A stretch of DNA of 64,000 nucleotides from a candidate division WOR-3 bacterium (GTDB taxonomy: Bacteria; Hydrothermota; Tepidihabitantia; Tepidihabitantales; Tepidihabitantaceae). This document shows, piece after piece, positions 1-9,106 of the stretch (position 1 is the first letter of the stretch; each line of letters starts with the position of its first letter). The translations under genes and the position numbers were made by a program. Below the pieces are notes generated by a model, which was not told where the DNA came from, did no database searches, and saw only the letters and a list, made by a program, of their open reading frames with translations. The DNA is taken from assembly GCA_965649295.1 (NCBI GenBank), contig CBFGKH010000005.1, positions 64,001 through 128,000 on the forward strand. Reading direction: 5' to 3'.

Positions 1-472
1 TAAAGTGACTCGTGTTGAGCTGCAGCGGATTGAGCCACCTAATGATGTGACCGAGGCGATGCACCGGCAGATGAAAGCAGAGCGTGACCGACGCGCGGCA
101 GTGCTCGAGGCTGAAGGCTTCAAGCAGGCGGCCATCCTCAAAGCCGATGGCGAGAAGCAGGCACGCATCCTGCAAGCCGAAGGTCAGGCTCAGGCTATCG
201 AGAAGGTGGCTGATGCCGAAAAGTACAAGCTCCTAACCGTGGCCGAGGGCGAGGGGCAGGCAATCGAGCGGGTTTATCGGGCTATTCATAACGGCAACCC
301 CACTAAGGACCTGATCACAATCAAGTATCTTGAGGCCTTGGCGAAGATAGCTGATGGCAAGGCGGCCAAGCTTTTTGTTCCCTACGAAGCATCGGGTGTG
401 CTGGCTGGGTTGGGTGTCATCGCCGATGTGCTTGGTGAGCGTAAGGGCGAAGAGAGGGCGGCCAAGGATTAG
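1..472 (+). CDS. SPFH/band-7 (paraslipin/QmcA-like) protein, 3' part; gene truncated by window start
   Basis: TRVELQRIEPP...AMHRQMKAERDRRAAVLEAEG..QAAILKADGEKQARIL coiled-coil typical of SPFH/stomatin-like C-terminal halves; frame is open to the window edge. Confidence 0.85.
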   Translation, partial: KVTRVELQRIEPPNDVTEAMHRQMKAERDRRAAVLEAEGFKQAAILKADGEKQARILQAEGQAQAIEKVADAEKYKLLTVAEGEGQAIERVYRAIHNGNPTKDLITIKYLEALAKIADGKAAKLFVPYEASGVLAGLGVIADVLGERKGEERAAKD

Positions 473-490
473 CGAGCCAAGAACACAGTT

Positions 491-518
491 TTGACTGGGT
501 ACCGCTCTTGGACAGAAT
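491..518 (+). promoter_or_regulatory. putative sigma70-type promoter of P-type ATPase
   Basis: TTGACT (491-496), 16 nt spacer, CAGAAT (513-518). Confidence 0.45.
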
Positions 519-527
519 AGCTGCCCA

Positions 528-3272
528 TTGAAGACAATGCATAGTCAACCGGTTGGCGATCGCTGGCACCTTTTGCCGAAAGAAGAAGTTCTGAGCCAGC
601 TTGGTTCGAGTGCGGTTGGACTCGAGCCAGCTGAGGTGAAGTCTCGGCAGGAGCGATTCGGAGCAAACGCGCTGGTCGAGCGTGGTGCCAGACCGCCGCT
701 TGCCATCCTCAAGGACCAGTTTACATCAGTGATGGTTCTACTGCTCATCGGGGCAGCAGTTGTGTCGGTGTTTCTCCATGAGTACGCCGATGCCGCCGTC
801 ATCATGGTCATAGTCGTTCTCAATGCCATCCTTGGATTCGTGCAAGAGTACCGGGCCGAGCGGGCAATCCAGGCTCTAAAACTGCTGGCAGTACCGACCG
901 TGCGGGTTCGGCGAGGCGGACACCTTGTGGAAGTCTCGGCTCGTGAGCTTGTACCCGGCGACGTGGTCCTACTCGAGGCCGGGAGCCACGTGCCAGCTGA
1001 TGGTCGGTTGATTGAGGCTGCGAACCTGCGTGTCCAGGAAGCGACACTGACCGGTGAATCCGAGCCGGTCGAAAAGATAACGGGAACGCTTCCTGCCGGA
1101 GACCGAGCACTTGGCGATCGGCGCAACATGGTGTACATGGGTACGGCTGTCGTGGCCGGTCGCGGTACGATGGTAGTCACTAGCACCGGAATGGCAACGG
1201 AGCTCGGTCGAATTGCCGACATGTTGCAGAGTGTAGAGCGAGAGCCTACGCCGCTACAAAGGCGGATGGTACAACTAAGTCGCGGCCTGCTCTACGCGGT
1301 GATTGTTCTCGTGGTTGTCGTGTTTCTTGTCGGACTACTGCATCATCGGGCTGACATTCGTGTCTTGGTGTTGACTGCAATCAGCATGGCAGTTGCGGCT
1401 GTGCCCGAGGCGCTACCCGCAGTGGTGACGATTGCGCTTGCCCTTGGTGCACAGCGAATGCTCAAGCGCCGAGCGTTGCTGCGCAAGTTGCCAGCAGTCG
1501 AGACGCTCGGTTCGGTGGACGTCATCTGTTCGGATAAGACCGGTACGCTGACCGAGAATCGGATGGCAGTAACAGTGCTGGATGTGGCCGGGCATCAGTT
1601 TGAGATAACGCCGACGACTGGCCCGAACGACGCCGCGGCGGTTGGTGCGCCGGCGTTGGAGTTGCTTCTTGTCGGCGGTGCGCTCTGCAATGATGCTGTA
1701 CTGGAGGTTGGCGAAGACGGTCGCCATCGTGCTATTGGTGACCCGACCGAGGGAGCGCTTGTTATCGCTGCTGGCCGTTTTGGTTTCGCGAAACCTGAAC
1801 TAGAAAGGCTCCTACCACGCGTCGCTGAGATTCCATTCAGTTCTGAGCGCAAGCGAATGACGACAATTCACCATAGTAACACCGAGCAGCCGGCAGGGCT
1901 GCTCAGTGCGGCAGGAATTTCCACTCCGTATCTTGCGATAACAAAGGGCGCGGTGGACGTCATTCTGCGTGATGCTGACACGGTGCTCGATGGCAAGCTG
2001 ATGAGGCCGCTCGACGAGAGTATGCGGAGGCGAATTGAGGCCGCCAACGACCGCTTTGCTCGTGACGGAATGCGGGTGCTGGGTCTGGCAGTTCGTCCGC
2101 TGGGTTTGTTGCCGGCAAGGATTGATGAAACTAACGTCGAGAAGGAGATGGTTTTTGTCGGCCTGGTCGCGATGATTGACCCGGCGCGGCCCGAGGTCAA
2201 AGCAGCGGTTGAGACTTGTCGCGCGGCGGGCATCAGACCGATCATGATTACCGGTGACCATCCGCTGACCGCCCGTTTCATAGCTAGTGAGCTGGGAATG
2301 ATTGACGCTAGTAGCCGCGTTGTTACTGGCGTTGAACTGGAGCGAATAACTGTTGACGAACTGACGACTGTCGTCGAAGAGACTGCAGTCTATGCGCGGG
2401 TTGCGCCGGAGCACAAGCTGGCAATCGTTGATGCGCTTCAGCGTCGAGGTCACGTCGTGGCGATGACTGGTGATGGGGTTAACGATGCACCGGCACTGAG
2501 GAAGGCTGATATCGGCGTCGCGATGGGTATCACCGGTACTGATGTCTCAAAGGAGGCCGCTGATATGGTACTCCTTGACGACAATTTCGCCACAATCGTG
2601 GCGGCCGTCGAGGAAGGCCGAGTCATCTACGACAACATTCGAAAATTCCTTAAGTACACACTGACGTCGAACGCGGGCGAAATTTGGGTGATGTTGCTAG
2701 CTCCGTTTTTGGGCATGCCGATGGCCCTACTACCAGTGCAGATTCTTTGGGTAAACCTGGTGACTGATGGCTTGCCTGGCTTGGCCTTGACTGTTGAACC
2801 GGCTGAACGCAACACGATGAAGCGGCGGCCCTACCATCCATCGGAAAACATCTTCGGTCGTGGTCTGGCAATTGATGTGGTCTGGGTCGGTTTGGCGATG
2901 GGGGTTACATCGCTCGTGATTGGTTTCCTGTCGTGGCTAAGTAATCGTGATGGAGCTTGGCAGACTATGGTATTCACGACTCTGACGATTAGTCAGATGG
3001 GTAATGCTCTCGCTACTCGGTCCGAACGCGATTCGCTATTCTCGGGTGGACGGAGGGCTAACCACGCTCTGACGGCAGCGGTGTTGCTGACACTTGGCCT
3101 GCAGCTTGCAGTAACCTACGTGCCGTTCTTGCAGCGGGTGTTCCATACTAAGCCGCTGTCTTGGCTCGAGCTGGCACTTAGTCTTGTGGCCAGCACCGCT
3201 GTCTTCTGGAGCGTTGAGCTGGTTAAGCTGGGCCGTCGCTTGCGCAGCCAACGTCGCGCAGCGTCGGCGTAG
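528..3272 (+). CDS. cation-translocating P-type ATPase, type IIA (Ca2+-ATPase-like)
   Basis: [11 protein letters not shown] phosphorylation motif, [38 protein letters not shown]; start TTG 528 or ATG 537. Confidence 0.95.
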   Translation: MKTMHSQPVGDRWHLLPKEEVLSQLGSSAVGLEPAEVKSRQERFGANALVERGARPPLAILKDQFTSVMVLLLIGAAVVSVFLHEYADAAVIMVIVVLNAILGFVQEYRAERAIQALKLLAVPTVRVRRGGHLVEVSARELVPGDVVLLEAGSHVPADGRLIEAANLRVQEATLTGESEPVEKITGTLPAGDRALGDRRNMVYMGTAVVAGRGTMVVTSTGMATELGRIADMLQSVEREPTPLQRRMVQLSRGLLYAVIVLVVVVFLVGLLHHRADIRVLVLTAISMAVAAVPEALPAVVTIALALGAQRMLKRRALLRKLPAVETLGSVDVICSDKTGTLTENRMAVTVLDVAGHQFEITPTTGPNDAAAVGAPALELLLVGGALCNDAVLEVGEDGRHRAIGDPTEGALVIAAGRFGFAKPELERLLPRVAEIPFSSERKRMTTIHHSNTEQPAGLLSAAGISTPYLAITKGAVDVILRDADTVLDGKLMRPLDESMRRRIEAANDRFARDGMRVLGLAVRPLGLLPARIDETNVEKEMVFVGLVAMIDPARPEVKAAVETCRAAGIRPIMITGDHPLTARFIASELGMIDASSRVVTGVELERITVDELTTVVEETAVYARVAPEHKLAIVDALQRRGHVVAMTGDGVNDAPALRKADIGVAMGITGTDVSKEAADMVLLDDNFATIVAAVEEGRVIYDNIRKFLKYTLTSNAGEIWVMLLAPFLGMPMALLPVQILWVNLVTDGLPGLALTVEPAERNTMKRRPYHPSENIFGRGLAIDVVWVGLAMGVTSLVIGFLSWLSNRDGAWQTMVFTTLTISQMGNALATRSERDSLFSGGRRANHALTAAVLLTLGLQLAVTYVPFLQRVFHTKPLSWLELALSLVASTAVFWSVELVKLGRRLRSQRRAASA

Positions 3273-3338
3273 GGCAGTCTATCCCGCTGGGGTGATCAGA
3301 CGGAAGTTGGACAGGTCGCTAGACCTGGCCAGTAGCAA

Positions 3339-3845
3339 TCAAAGTAATGTTGGGCAGTTGCAAGGGCCCTGGTTCAGGTCTGCGCCGCAGGTTGGGCACA
3401 GGCCTCGGCAGTTCTCACGGCAGCAGGGGGCAATCGGTACGGCAAGGTGAATGGCGTCGTGGATTATTGGGATCAGCTCGAGTTCATCGCCCCAGAGTTG
3501 ATTCTGGTCAATTTCCTCGTCTCTTATCCGGTGCGGACTGCGCGGTAGCGAGTAGTCGGCGAACTCGGCGGTGAGGGGTTCGTCGAAGTTGCACTCGTAG
3601 TCATCGCCACAGAGCGAACAGGCGAGTTCAGCCCGAAATCGGATCCGGCCGTTGAGGAGCAATCGTTGGCCGGTACGGGTGATGCTGAAGTCGGTCAGCA
3701 GAGAACCAATGATACGCTTGAAGGACGGGTTCTCACTCACCTCGCAGGGTGCGAATCCGAGGTCGTCTGGTGAAAGCCTGAAGCCGAACCTATTCTCACC
3801 CTGCTTGAGCATGGCGAGCCGAATAACCAAATGACGTTGTCTCAC
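3339..3845 (-). CDS. yceD: DUF177/YceD family protein
   Basis: CSLC motif plus C-terminal PCCRENCRGLCPTCGADLNQGPCNC; GTGA overlap with moxR stop. Confidence 0.88.
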   Translation of the reverse strand: MRQRHLVIRLAMLKQGENRFGFRLSPDDLGFAPCEVSENPSFKRIIGSLLTDFSITRTGQRLLLNGRIRFRAELACSLCGDDYECNFDEPLTAEFADYSLPRSPHRIRDEEIDQNQLWGDELELIPIIHDAIHLAVPIAPCCRENCRGLCPTCGADLNQGPCNCPTLL

Positions 3846-4834
3846 AGTTCTCTTACTAGTCTTTCGACAATCAGGTCGGGCTTGATGTTCTCGGCTTCAG
3901 CAGTGAAGTTGGTGACGATGCGGTGACGCAGGACCGGCTGGGCAACGGCGCGGACATCGTCAATGGAGGGGGTGTAGCGGCCGGCAAGCATGGCTCGGGT
4001 TTTGGCCCCAAGAATCAAATACTGGGAGGCACGCGGACCCGCGCCCCAGGTTACCCAGTCTCTTATCATCTTGGGCGCGGCGTCGGACGATGGGCGGGTG
4101 GCGGCGGCGAGCCGGACCGCATAGTCAATTACTTCGTCGGCAACCGGCACACGTCTGACCAGTTCTTGCAGGGCGCAAATTTCGGCGGCGGTTAGAACAC
4201 GGTTCAAGTCAGGCTTGTAGGCCGATGTTGTGCTCTTGACTATTTCCCGTTCCTCAGCGGTTGACGGATAACCGACGTTGATGGAGAACATGAATCGGTC
4301 AAGTTGGGCCTCGGGCAGCGGATAGGTGCCCTCCAGTTCGATTGGGTTCTGCGTGGCTAGCACAAAGAAGGGCGAGGGCAGGGGATAGGTGCGGCCGGCG
4401 ACCGTGACCTGGTACTCCTGCATCGCCTGTAACAAGGCGGCTTGTGTCTTGGGTGGTGTGCGGTTGATTTCGTCGGCGAGCACCACGTTAGCGAATACTG
4501 GTCCTTGGACAAATCGGAAGGTGCGGCGGCCGGTAGTGGCATCTTCCTCGATAATCTCAGTGCCGGTAATGTCTGATGGCATCAGGTCGGGTGTGAACTG
4601 CACCCGGTTGAAAGACAGGTCCAGTACGCGGGCGAGCGTGTTGACGAGCAGGGTCTTGGCGAGACCGGGTACACCTATCAGCAAGCCGTGGCCGTGGGCT
4701 AACAGACAGATAAGGGTCTGCTCAACGACTGATTGTTGGCCGACAATCACCTTAGCAACTTCTGATTCGATGCGGCGCCGGGCTTCACCGAGGCGCTGGA
4801 CAGCGGCAACATCGTTGCCGGTGCTATTGGGCAT
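3842..4834 (-). CDS. moxR: MoxR family AAA+ ATPase
   Basis: GVPGLAKT Walker A, RVQFTPDLMPSDITG, LADEINRTPPKTQAALL, ATQNPIELEGTYPLPEAQLDRF; ATG 4834 preceded by GGAGG. Confidence 0.95.
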   Translation of the reverse strand: MPNSTGNDVAAVQRLGEARRRIESEVAKVIVGQQSVVEQTLICLLAHGHGLLIGVPGLAKTLLVNTLARVLDLSFNRVQFTPDLMPSDITGTEIIEEDATTGRRTFRFVQGPVFANVVLADEINRTPPKTQAALLQAMQEYQVTVAGRTYPLPSPFFVLATQNPIELEGTYPLPEAQLDRFMFSINVGYPSTAEEREIVKSTTSAYKPDLNRVLTAAEICALQELVRRVPVADEVIDYAVRLAAATRPSSDAAPKMIRDWVTWGAGPRASQYLILGAKTRAMLAGRYTPSIDDVRAVAQPVLRHRIVTNFTAEAENIKPDLIVERLVREL

Positions 4835-5630
4835 TGGCAACCTCCAAGATCGTGCCGACAAGTTCTCGGCACAGCAACTGGATCAGATATTCGATATCAA
4901 CCACCAACCGTCTTCGGTCTTCTCGGTCAGTGACCAGTGCCTGGATTCGTTTCGAGCCGCCGTTGAAGGCATCTTTGGCCTGCCAGAGAACCTCGCCGGT
5001 CTCGACGTCAACCAGCCGAGCCTGAACGCCGACAGCTGCAGCCGGAGCACGGGGTCGGGTAATGAGAAAGATGATACCGACAATCGAAATCACTGCCAGC
5101 GCGGCAGCAAATACCTGCCAAGCATCGTCGTTGCGATCGTCGTCAATAATGACGACTGGCGGCGCTGGGCGGTCGTGATGTCGGCTACGGTAGCGGTGGC
5201 GAATGGTGTCAGGCCGGAGCTGGGGATGGGGTTCGAACTTGGTGACGCTACCCAGAATGACTGCTTCGGCGCCAAGCATCTTGCCGATGCGAACAGCGGT
5301 GGCCTGGTCGAAGCGAGAGGTTGTGTCTAGGTCCTGTTCCTGCCAGAGCTCTTCGATTCGGCTTCGTTCGATCAGCGAGAATAGCCCGGTGCGACCAAGT
5401 TGGAGAGTGAACTCCTCAGCAACAATGCCAGCGGCAGCCGGTTCCTTAGTTAGGTTCTCAAACGGCAGAACCGCGACGCGGACGAGCCTGCGTTCACGCA
5501 GGCGAGGCGAGCCGAAGTAGTTAGTGACCCGGTAGGGTCGAACCGTGGCACAATCAAGCGAAAATAGCAATGAAAGGGCCAGTCCGACGCAGAGGGGCCG
5601 CCGCCAGGCACCGGTGAAGTTCTGCATCAT
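4824..5630 (-). CDS. CsgG/HfaB-like (GNA1162/LpoB-fold) lipoprotein with an inserted hydrophobic segment
   Basis: signal ending LDC; RVAVLPFEN, LIERSRIEELWQEQ, AVRIGKMLGAEAVILG, ARLVDVETGEVLW. Confidence 0.75.
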   Translation of the reverse strand: MMQNFTGAWRRPLCVGLALSLLFSLDCATVRPYRVTNYFGSPRLRERRLVRVAVLPFENLTKEPAAAGIVAEEFTLQLGRTGLFSLIERSRIEELWQEQDLDTTSRFDQATAVRIGKMLGAEAVILGSVTKFEPHPQLRPDTIRHRYRSRHHDRPAPPVVIIDDDRNDDAWQVFAAALAVISIVGIIFLITRPRAPAAAVGVQARLVDVETGEVLWQAKDAFNGGSKRIQALVTDREDRRRLVVDIEYLIQLLCRELVGTILEVANAQ

Positions 5631-6184
5631 TGGATAGACTCGGCCAACAATTGACAGAGCCAGCGGGCAAGGTAGTCAGGCTGAGTGCGCAAACGTTCGC
5701 GGTCCTCGCGTTCAGTAACCAGCGCCTGGACGCGGGGGTCTGAGCCGTTGAGAGCATCGGCGCCCTGCCAGGCGATTGCGCCGGTTTCAACCGCAACCAG
5801 CCGGACATTGGCACTAACCCGGCCAGGCCGGTAGTCGCTGACAGTGCCCATCACCACCGCGTGGGCACCAAGCATCTTACCAAGTCGGACCGCGGTTGAC
5901 TGATCGATTCGGTCTGGATCGAGGTCTTGCTCGGCATACAGGTCTTCGATACGGCTGCGTTCGACAAGCATGAAGCGATTCAGCCGACCAAGCTGGATTG
6001 CGAATTCTTCGGCAAAACGTCTACCTTCCGGGCCGGACATCGGCAGAACCGCAACCCGTTGCTGACGGATGCTGTTCATTGCCTGCTGGTTCTGGGTGTA
6101 GTTGGTGAACCGGTAGGGACGGGCAGTTGCGCAGAAAAGCGTCAGCAAGACTGGCAACAGTACGATTAGTCTTCTTAGTGCCAT
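5627..6184 (-). CDS. CsgG/HfaB-like lipoprotein (paralog of downstream gene)
   Basis: signal ending LFC; RVAVLPM, LVERSRIEDLYAEQ, AVRLGKMLGAHAVVMG, VRLVAVETGAIAW; SD AAGGAG. Confidence 0.75.
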   Translation of the reverse strand: MALRRLIVLLPVLLTLFCATARPYRFTNYTQNQQAMNSIRQQRVAVLPMSGPEGRRFAEEFAIQLGRLNRFMLVERSRIEDLYAEQDLDPDRIDQSTAVRLGKMLGAHAVVMGTVSDYRPGRVSANVRLVAVETGAIAWQGADALNGSDPRVQALVTEREDRERLRTQPDYLARWLCQLLAESIQ

Positions 6185-6276
6185 GGCATCTCCTTCGGCA
6201 TTGCCGCCTTCTAGGCTAGAGTGGCGGCTGCCTTTCTAGCCCTAATCTACTACCGCGGCCTTGGTCTTATTCCCAA

Positions 6277-7389
6277 CTAACGGCTTGTCTTTCCCTGTCT
6301 GGCTATCAGCTTCTCAAGCACCTGGGGTAGAGTAGTGTACTCCATGTCTTTCAGTCCCAGGCGATGTGGCTCGAATGGGCCATGGCGTCGCAGATAGTCG
6401 GCCTGTTGATTAGCCAGTTCGCGGGCCCGGTCGAATGACGGATCATCGAACATGTCGCGTGGTCCGACAAGCATACCCTGAGCAATCTGGAATCCAAGGG
6501 CAATCACGCGCGGCGGGCCATCAAACCGGGACGGCGTGGCCTTGGTCTGGGCTACCGGCATCAGCGGGCCGTAATGTGAGCCACGCATCCAGCCAGAGAC
6601 TGTGTGAGGGAACGCGAACGGTTCGAGCGCTTCACCAACTGCTGGCAGGCCGGCCTGGCACCGCACGATCATTACCGGGTCGTCTTTGCCGACGTAGCGG
6701 CCGGCAATCAGAGCGAGTTTCTGGGTCGAACTGGCAGCCGCAATCTCGCCCGACTTCTTATAGACGTTCTTGATGATGTAGTTCTCGGGTGAACCGATCA
6801 GCACCAGCAGGTCATACATCTCTTCTGGGCAGGATAGTATGATGTCGTTGCCCTTGTGCACGTCGTGGACTTCGAACTTGAATCCATCGTGCATTGATGG
6901 GTCAATCACCAGACCGATTGTGCAGAAGGGGTCAGCAAACATACGGAATAGTGGCATGTTCCATGCCCCGGGCGCGCACTTATCCCCGCAGAAGACGATG
7001 ACAGGCTCGGACTTGCGCTCGACAAAGGTCATCTCGGCGACGCCCGGGCCCATCCCGCGGACATTGCCGGAAAAGGCATCGGAAAGAATGTCTTGGCCCG
7101 CGCCATAGAGTCCGAGTTTGCGTGCAAGCTTGGTACCGGCAACGAAGACATCCCAAGCCAGTTTGTGGATGGCTTTGGAGTCATTGCCCTTGTTGTGGGT
7201 CATTATCAGTTCGAGGTCATCACCGACGCTCGAGACGTGGAAGTCAATGATCGTGCCGTTCTTCTTGGCAACTCCCAGATGCTTGCGGGCAAGCTCCAGA
7301 ATATCAGGATGGCTGGCCGAGTGGCCAACGTAGCCGCCGATATCGGCCTTGATTACAGAAATGGTCACTGGCTTGGTCGTGTTCTTCAT
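6277..7389 (-). CDS. fbp: bifunctional fructose-1,6-bisphosphate aldolase/phosphatase (class V FBPase)
   Basis: ISVIKADIGG, GDDLEL, LYGAGQD, FSGNVRGMGPG, GRYVGKDDP (catalytic Tyr/Lys), GWMRGSH, RRHGPFEPHRL; ATG 7389 with GGAGG. Confidence 0.95.
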   Translation of the reverse strand: MKNTTKPVTISVIKADIGGYVGHSASHPDILELARKHLGVAKKNGTIIDFHVSSVGDDLELIMTHNKGNDSKAIHKLAWDVFVAGTKLARKLGLYGAGQDILSDAFSGNVRGMGPGVAEMTFVERKSEPVIVFCGDKCAPGAWNMPLFRMFADPFCTIGLVIDPSMHDGFKFEVHDVHKGNDIILSCPEEMYDLLVLIGSPENYIIKNVYKKSGEIAAASSTQKLALIAGRYVGKDDPVMIVRCQAGLPAVGEALEPFAFPHTVSGWMRGSHYGPLMPVAQTKATPSRFDGPPRVIALGFQIAQGMLVGPRDMFDDPSFDRARELANQQADYLRRHGPFEPHRLGLKDMEYTTLPQVLEKLIARQGKTSR

Positions 7390-7420
7390 CAGTTTGTCCT
7401 CCATGCAGTTGTAGATGAAG

Positions 7421-7449
7421 ACTATATGAAACTGCCGAACAGGAGTCAA
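7421..7449 (-). promoter_or_regulatory. sigma70-type promoter of fbp
   Basis: minus strand TTGACT, 17 nt, TATAGT. Confidence 0.65.
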
Positions 7450-8128
7450 GGACGGGCATATCTGGTGAGCTACTAGTCGAGCGAATCATTTGCTTTATGT
7501 TGGGCCGTATGGGTCCTGTCCAGCAGCAGCTTTCGGTCTGTCCAGCCGACCCAAGCCGACTGCTGGGACCGCGACACAAGGTGAGACGTGTCTCGAGATG
7601 CTGGCGAAAGTATTGTACGAGGTCTGGTCTGAAGCTGGGCCTGAGAGGCTATCGCCAGTCAGTTGCTGAGTTGCATGTATGGTCTTCTCCGAAGAGATGG
7701 AACAAATCCATAGGCAGGCCATTCTGCAGGCGCAATCTCAGTCGCCTCTGGTGAGGCATTCGGTGACCAGCTGGAGAGTTCGTCCGCAGACAGTCTTAGG
7801 GATGTCTTTCAAAACAGCGTGGGGAAGGGTTGGGGGAACTATTCCCGGGATGATACCCGGGATACCGTGCTAGATGCGTCTAACTTGTTGCTTCGTGGTG
7901 GGTTGCGCCGAAAAATCGGCGCAGACGATGGTCCAGTTAGGAGTCGAGAAAATCAACTTGCTGACTGTGTCCAATTCAGGTTCTGCTGGCCATTTCTCGT
8001 GCTCTCATACTGTGTTTGGCGCATATAATAATAAGGTGATTAAGGGTGCGGCTGCAGTTGGTCGCTGCCATGTTCTGACAGGCTACGTCGGTTTAATGCG
8101 AGAGCGTGACAGAGATAGCGTGCACCTG

Positions 8129-8157
8129 TTGACCAGAGCAGCGAATGGCGGCAGAAT
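8129..8157 (+). promoter_or_regulatory. putative promoter of lipoprotein gene
   Basis: TTGACC, 17 nt, CAGAAT, then AAGGAG SD. Confidence 0.45.
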
Positions 8158-8189
8158 CCTTTCAGGGTGTCGAACCAAAGGAGTCCAAA

Positions 8190-9035
8190 ATGAGGCGAGC
8201 AGCAGTGATTCTGGCAGCGTTCGCGGTCGCTACGATGCTGCCGTCGTGTCAGAAGTATGATCCGGCCGCCGACCGGGCAGCGATTGAAGAATTGGTGCGG
8301 GCCGACACTGTGCACTTTGCTGCGAGCACGCAGCATGACTCAACCGGGTCTGGTTTCCTGGTGGACGGAGAAACGACTTTTGTTTGGTGGCGCGGCGCAC
8401 AGACGCACGATTCGGCCTTGGTTGTGGTATCGGTTGAGAAGGATTCAGCAACTGTCACTTGGGCGCGACACAATTACGGCTGGCTGAGTGTGCTGCTGTT
8501 ACGGTGGGGACAGCCAGCTGTAATCTGGAACAAGCCGCTCACCGAACTGGTGCAGCTCTCAGCAGTCTATGTGCGTGTTGGTAAACAGACTGATGAGGAC
8601 CGGGGTTGGCGGTTCCGAAGAATATCGCTTGCAGCCGGCAGGTCGGATTCGGTGAACACGGTGCGAATAGATTCGCTGCGTATCCAGAGCTCGCTCAAGA
8701 ATATTCTCATTACCAATCCGCTTGCTACCTACTATCGTGCCGACAGTCTTGTATCGTTCACGCCCGGCGAGCAGGTGACACTGACCCTGTACACCAATGC
8801 GACGGACGGAGTTGCTTTTCTGCACACTTTCATTCTAGCTTGGCCGTTCTACATCAGGTTGCGGTTCGAGGACGCTGGTAACGGTGTTTTTACCGGCACT
8901 TGGCATGCTCAGGGCTGGCCGTCGTTCCGGTTTGCCATCTTTGACCTGATGAGTCGTTCGAGCATCTATCAGGAGACCGGGCCTTATGACTTCAATGGCT
9001 GGCTATTCCCGTATCGGATACAGACGGCAAGGTAG
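8190..9035 (+). CDS. uncharacterised lipoprotein (beta-rich)
   Basis: ATG 8190 after AAGGAG; MRRAAVILAAFAVATMLPSC lipoprotein signal; shares motifs with 16123-17214. Confidence 0.8.
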   Translation: MRRAAVILAAFAVATMLPSCQKYDPAADRAAIEELVRADTVHFAASTQHDSTGSGFLVDGETTFVWWRGAQTHDSALVVVSVEKDSATVTWARHNYGWLSVLLLRWGQPAVIWNKPLTELVQLSAVYVRVGKQTDEDRGWRFRRISLAAGRSDSVNTVRIDSLRIQSSLKNILITNPLATYYRADSLVSFTPGEQVTLTLYTNATDGVAFLHTFILAWPFYIRLRFEDAGNGVFTGTWHAQGWPSFRFAIFDLMSRSSIYQETGPYDFNGWLFPYRIQTAR

Positions 9036-9056
9036 CTAGTCTTCGGCAGGTGAACT

Positions 9057-9088
9057 GCTGGCGGCGGGCTTTTTGGCCCGCCGCCAGC
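9057..9088. terminator. perfect 13-bp hairpin between convergent genes
   Basis: GCTGGCGGCGGGC-TTTTTG-GCCCGCCGCCAGC. Confidence 0.75.
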
Positions 9089-9106
9089 TCGTTGTCTTGC
9101 CCCGGG

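Noticed and set aside
4389..5330. 313-aa + strand ORF
   Set aside because: It is an antisense shadow of moxR and the CsgG-like gene, with no motifs.
4824..6184. Curli biogenesis operon
   Set aside because: There are no curlin-repeat (CsgA/B) or CsgE/F genes nearby. Only the CsgG-like periplasmic fold is shared.
7497..8336. Short ORFs in the fbp-lipoprotein gap
   Set aside because: They overlap one another, have no SD or motifs, and have atypical composition. I treated the region as non-coding.
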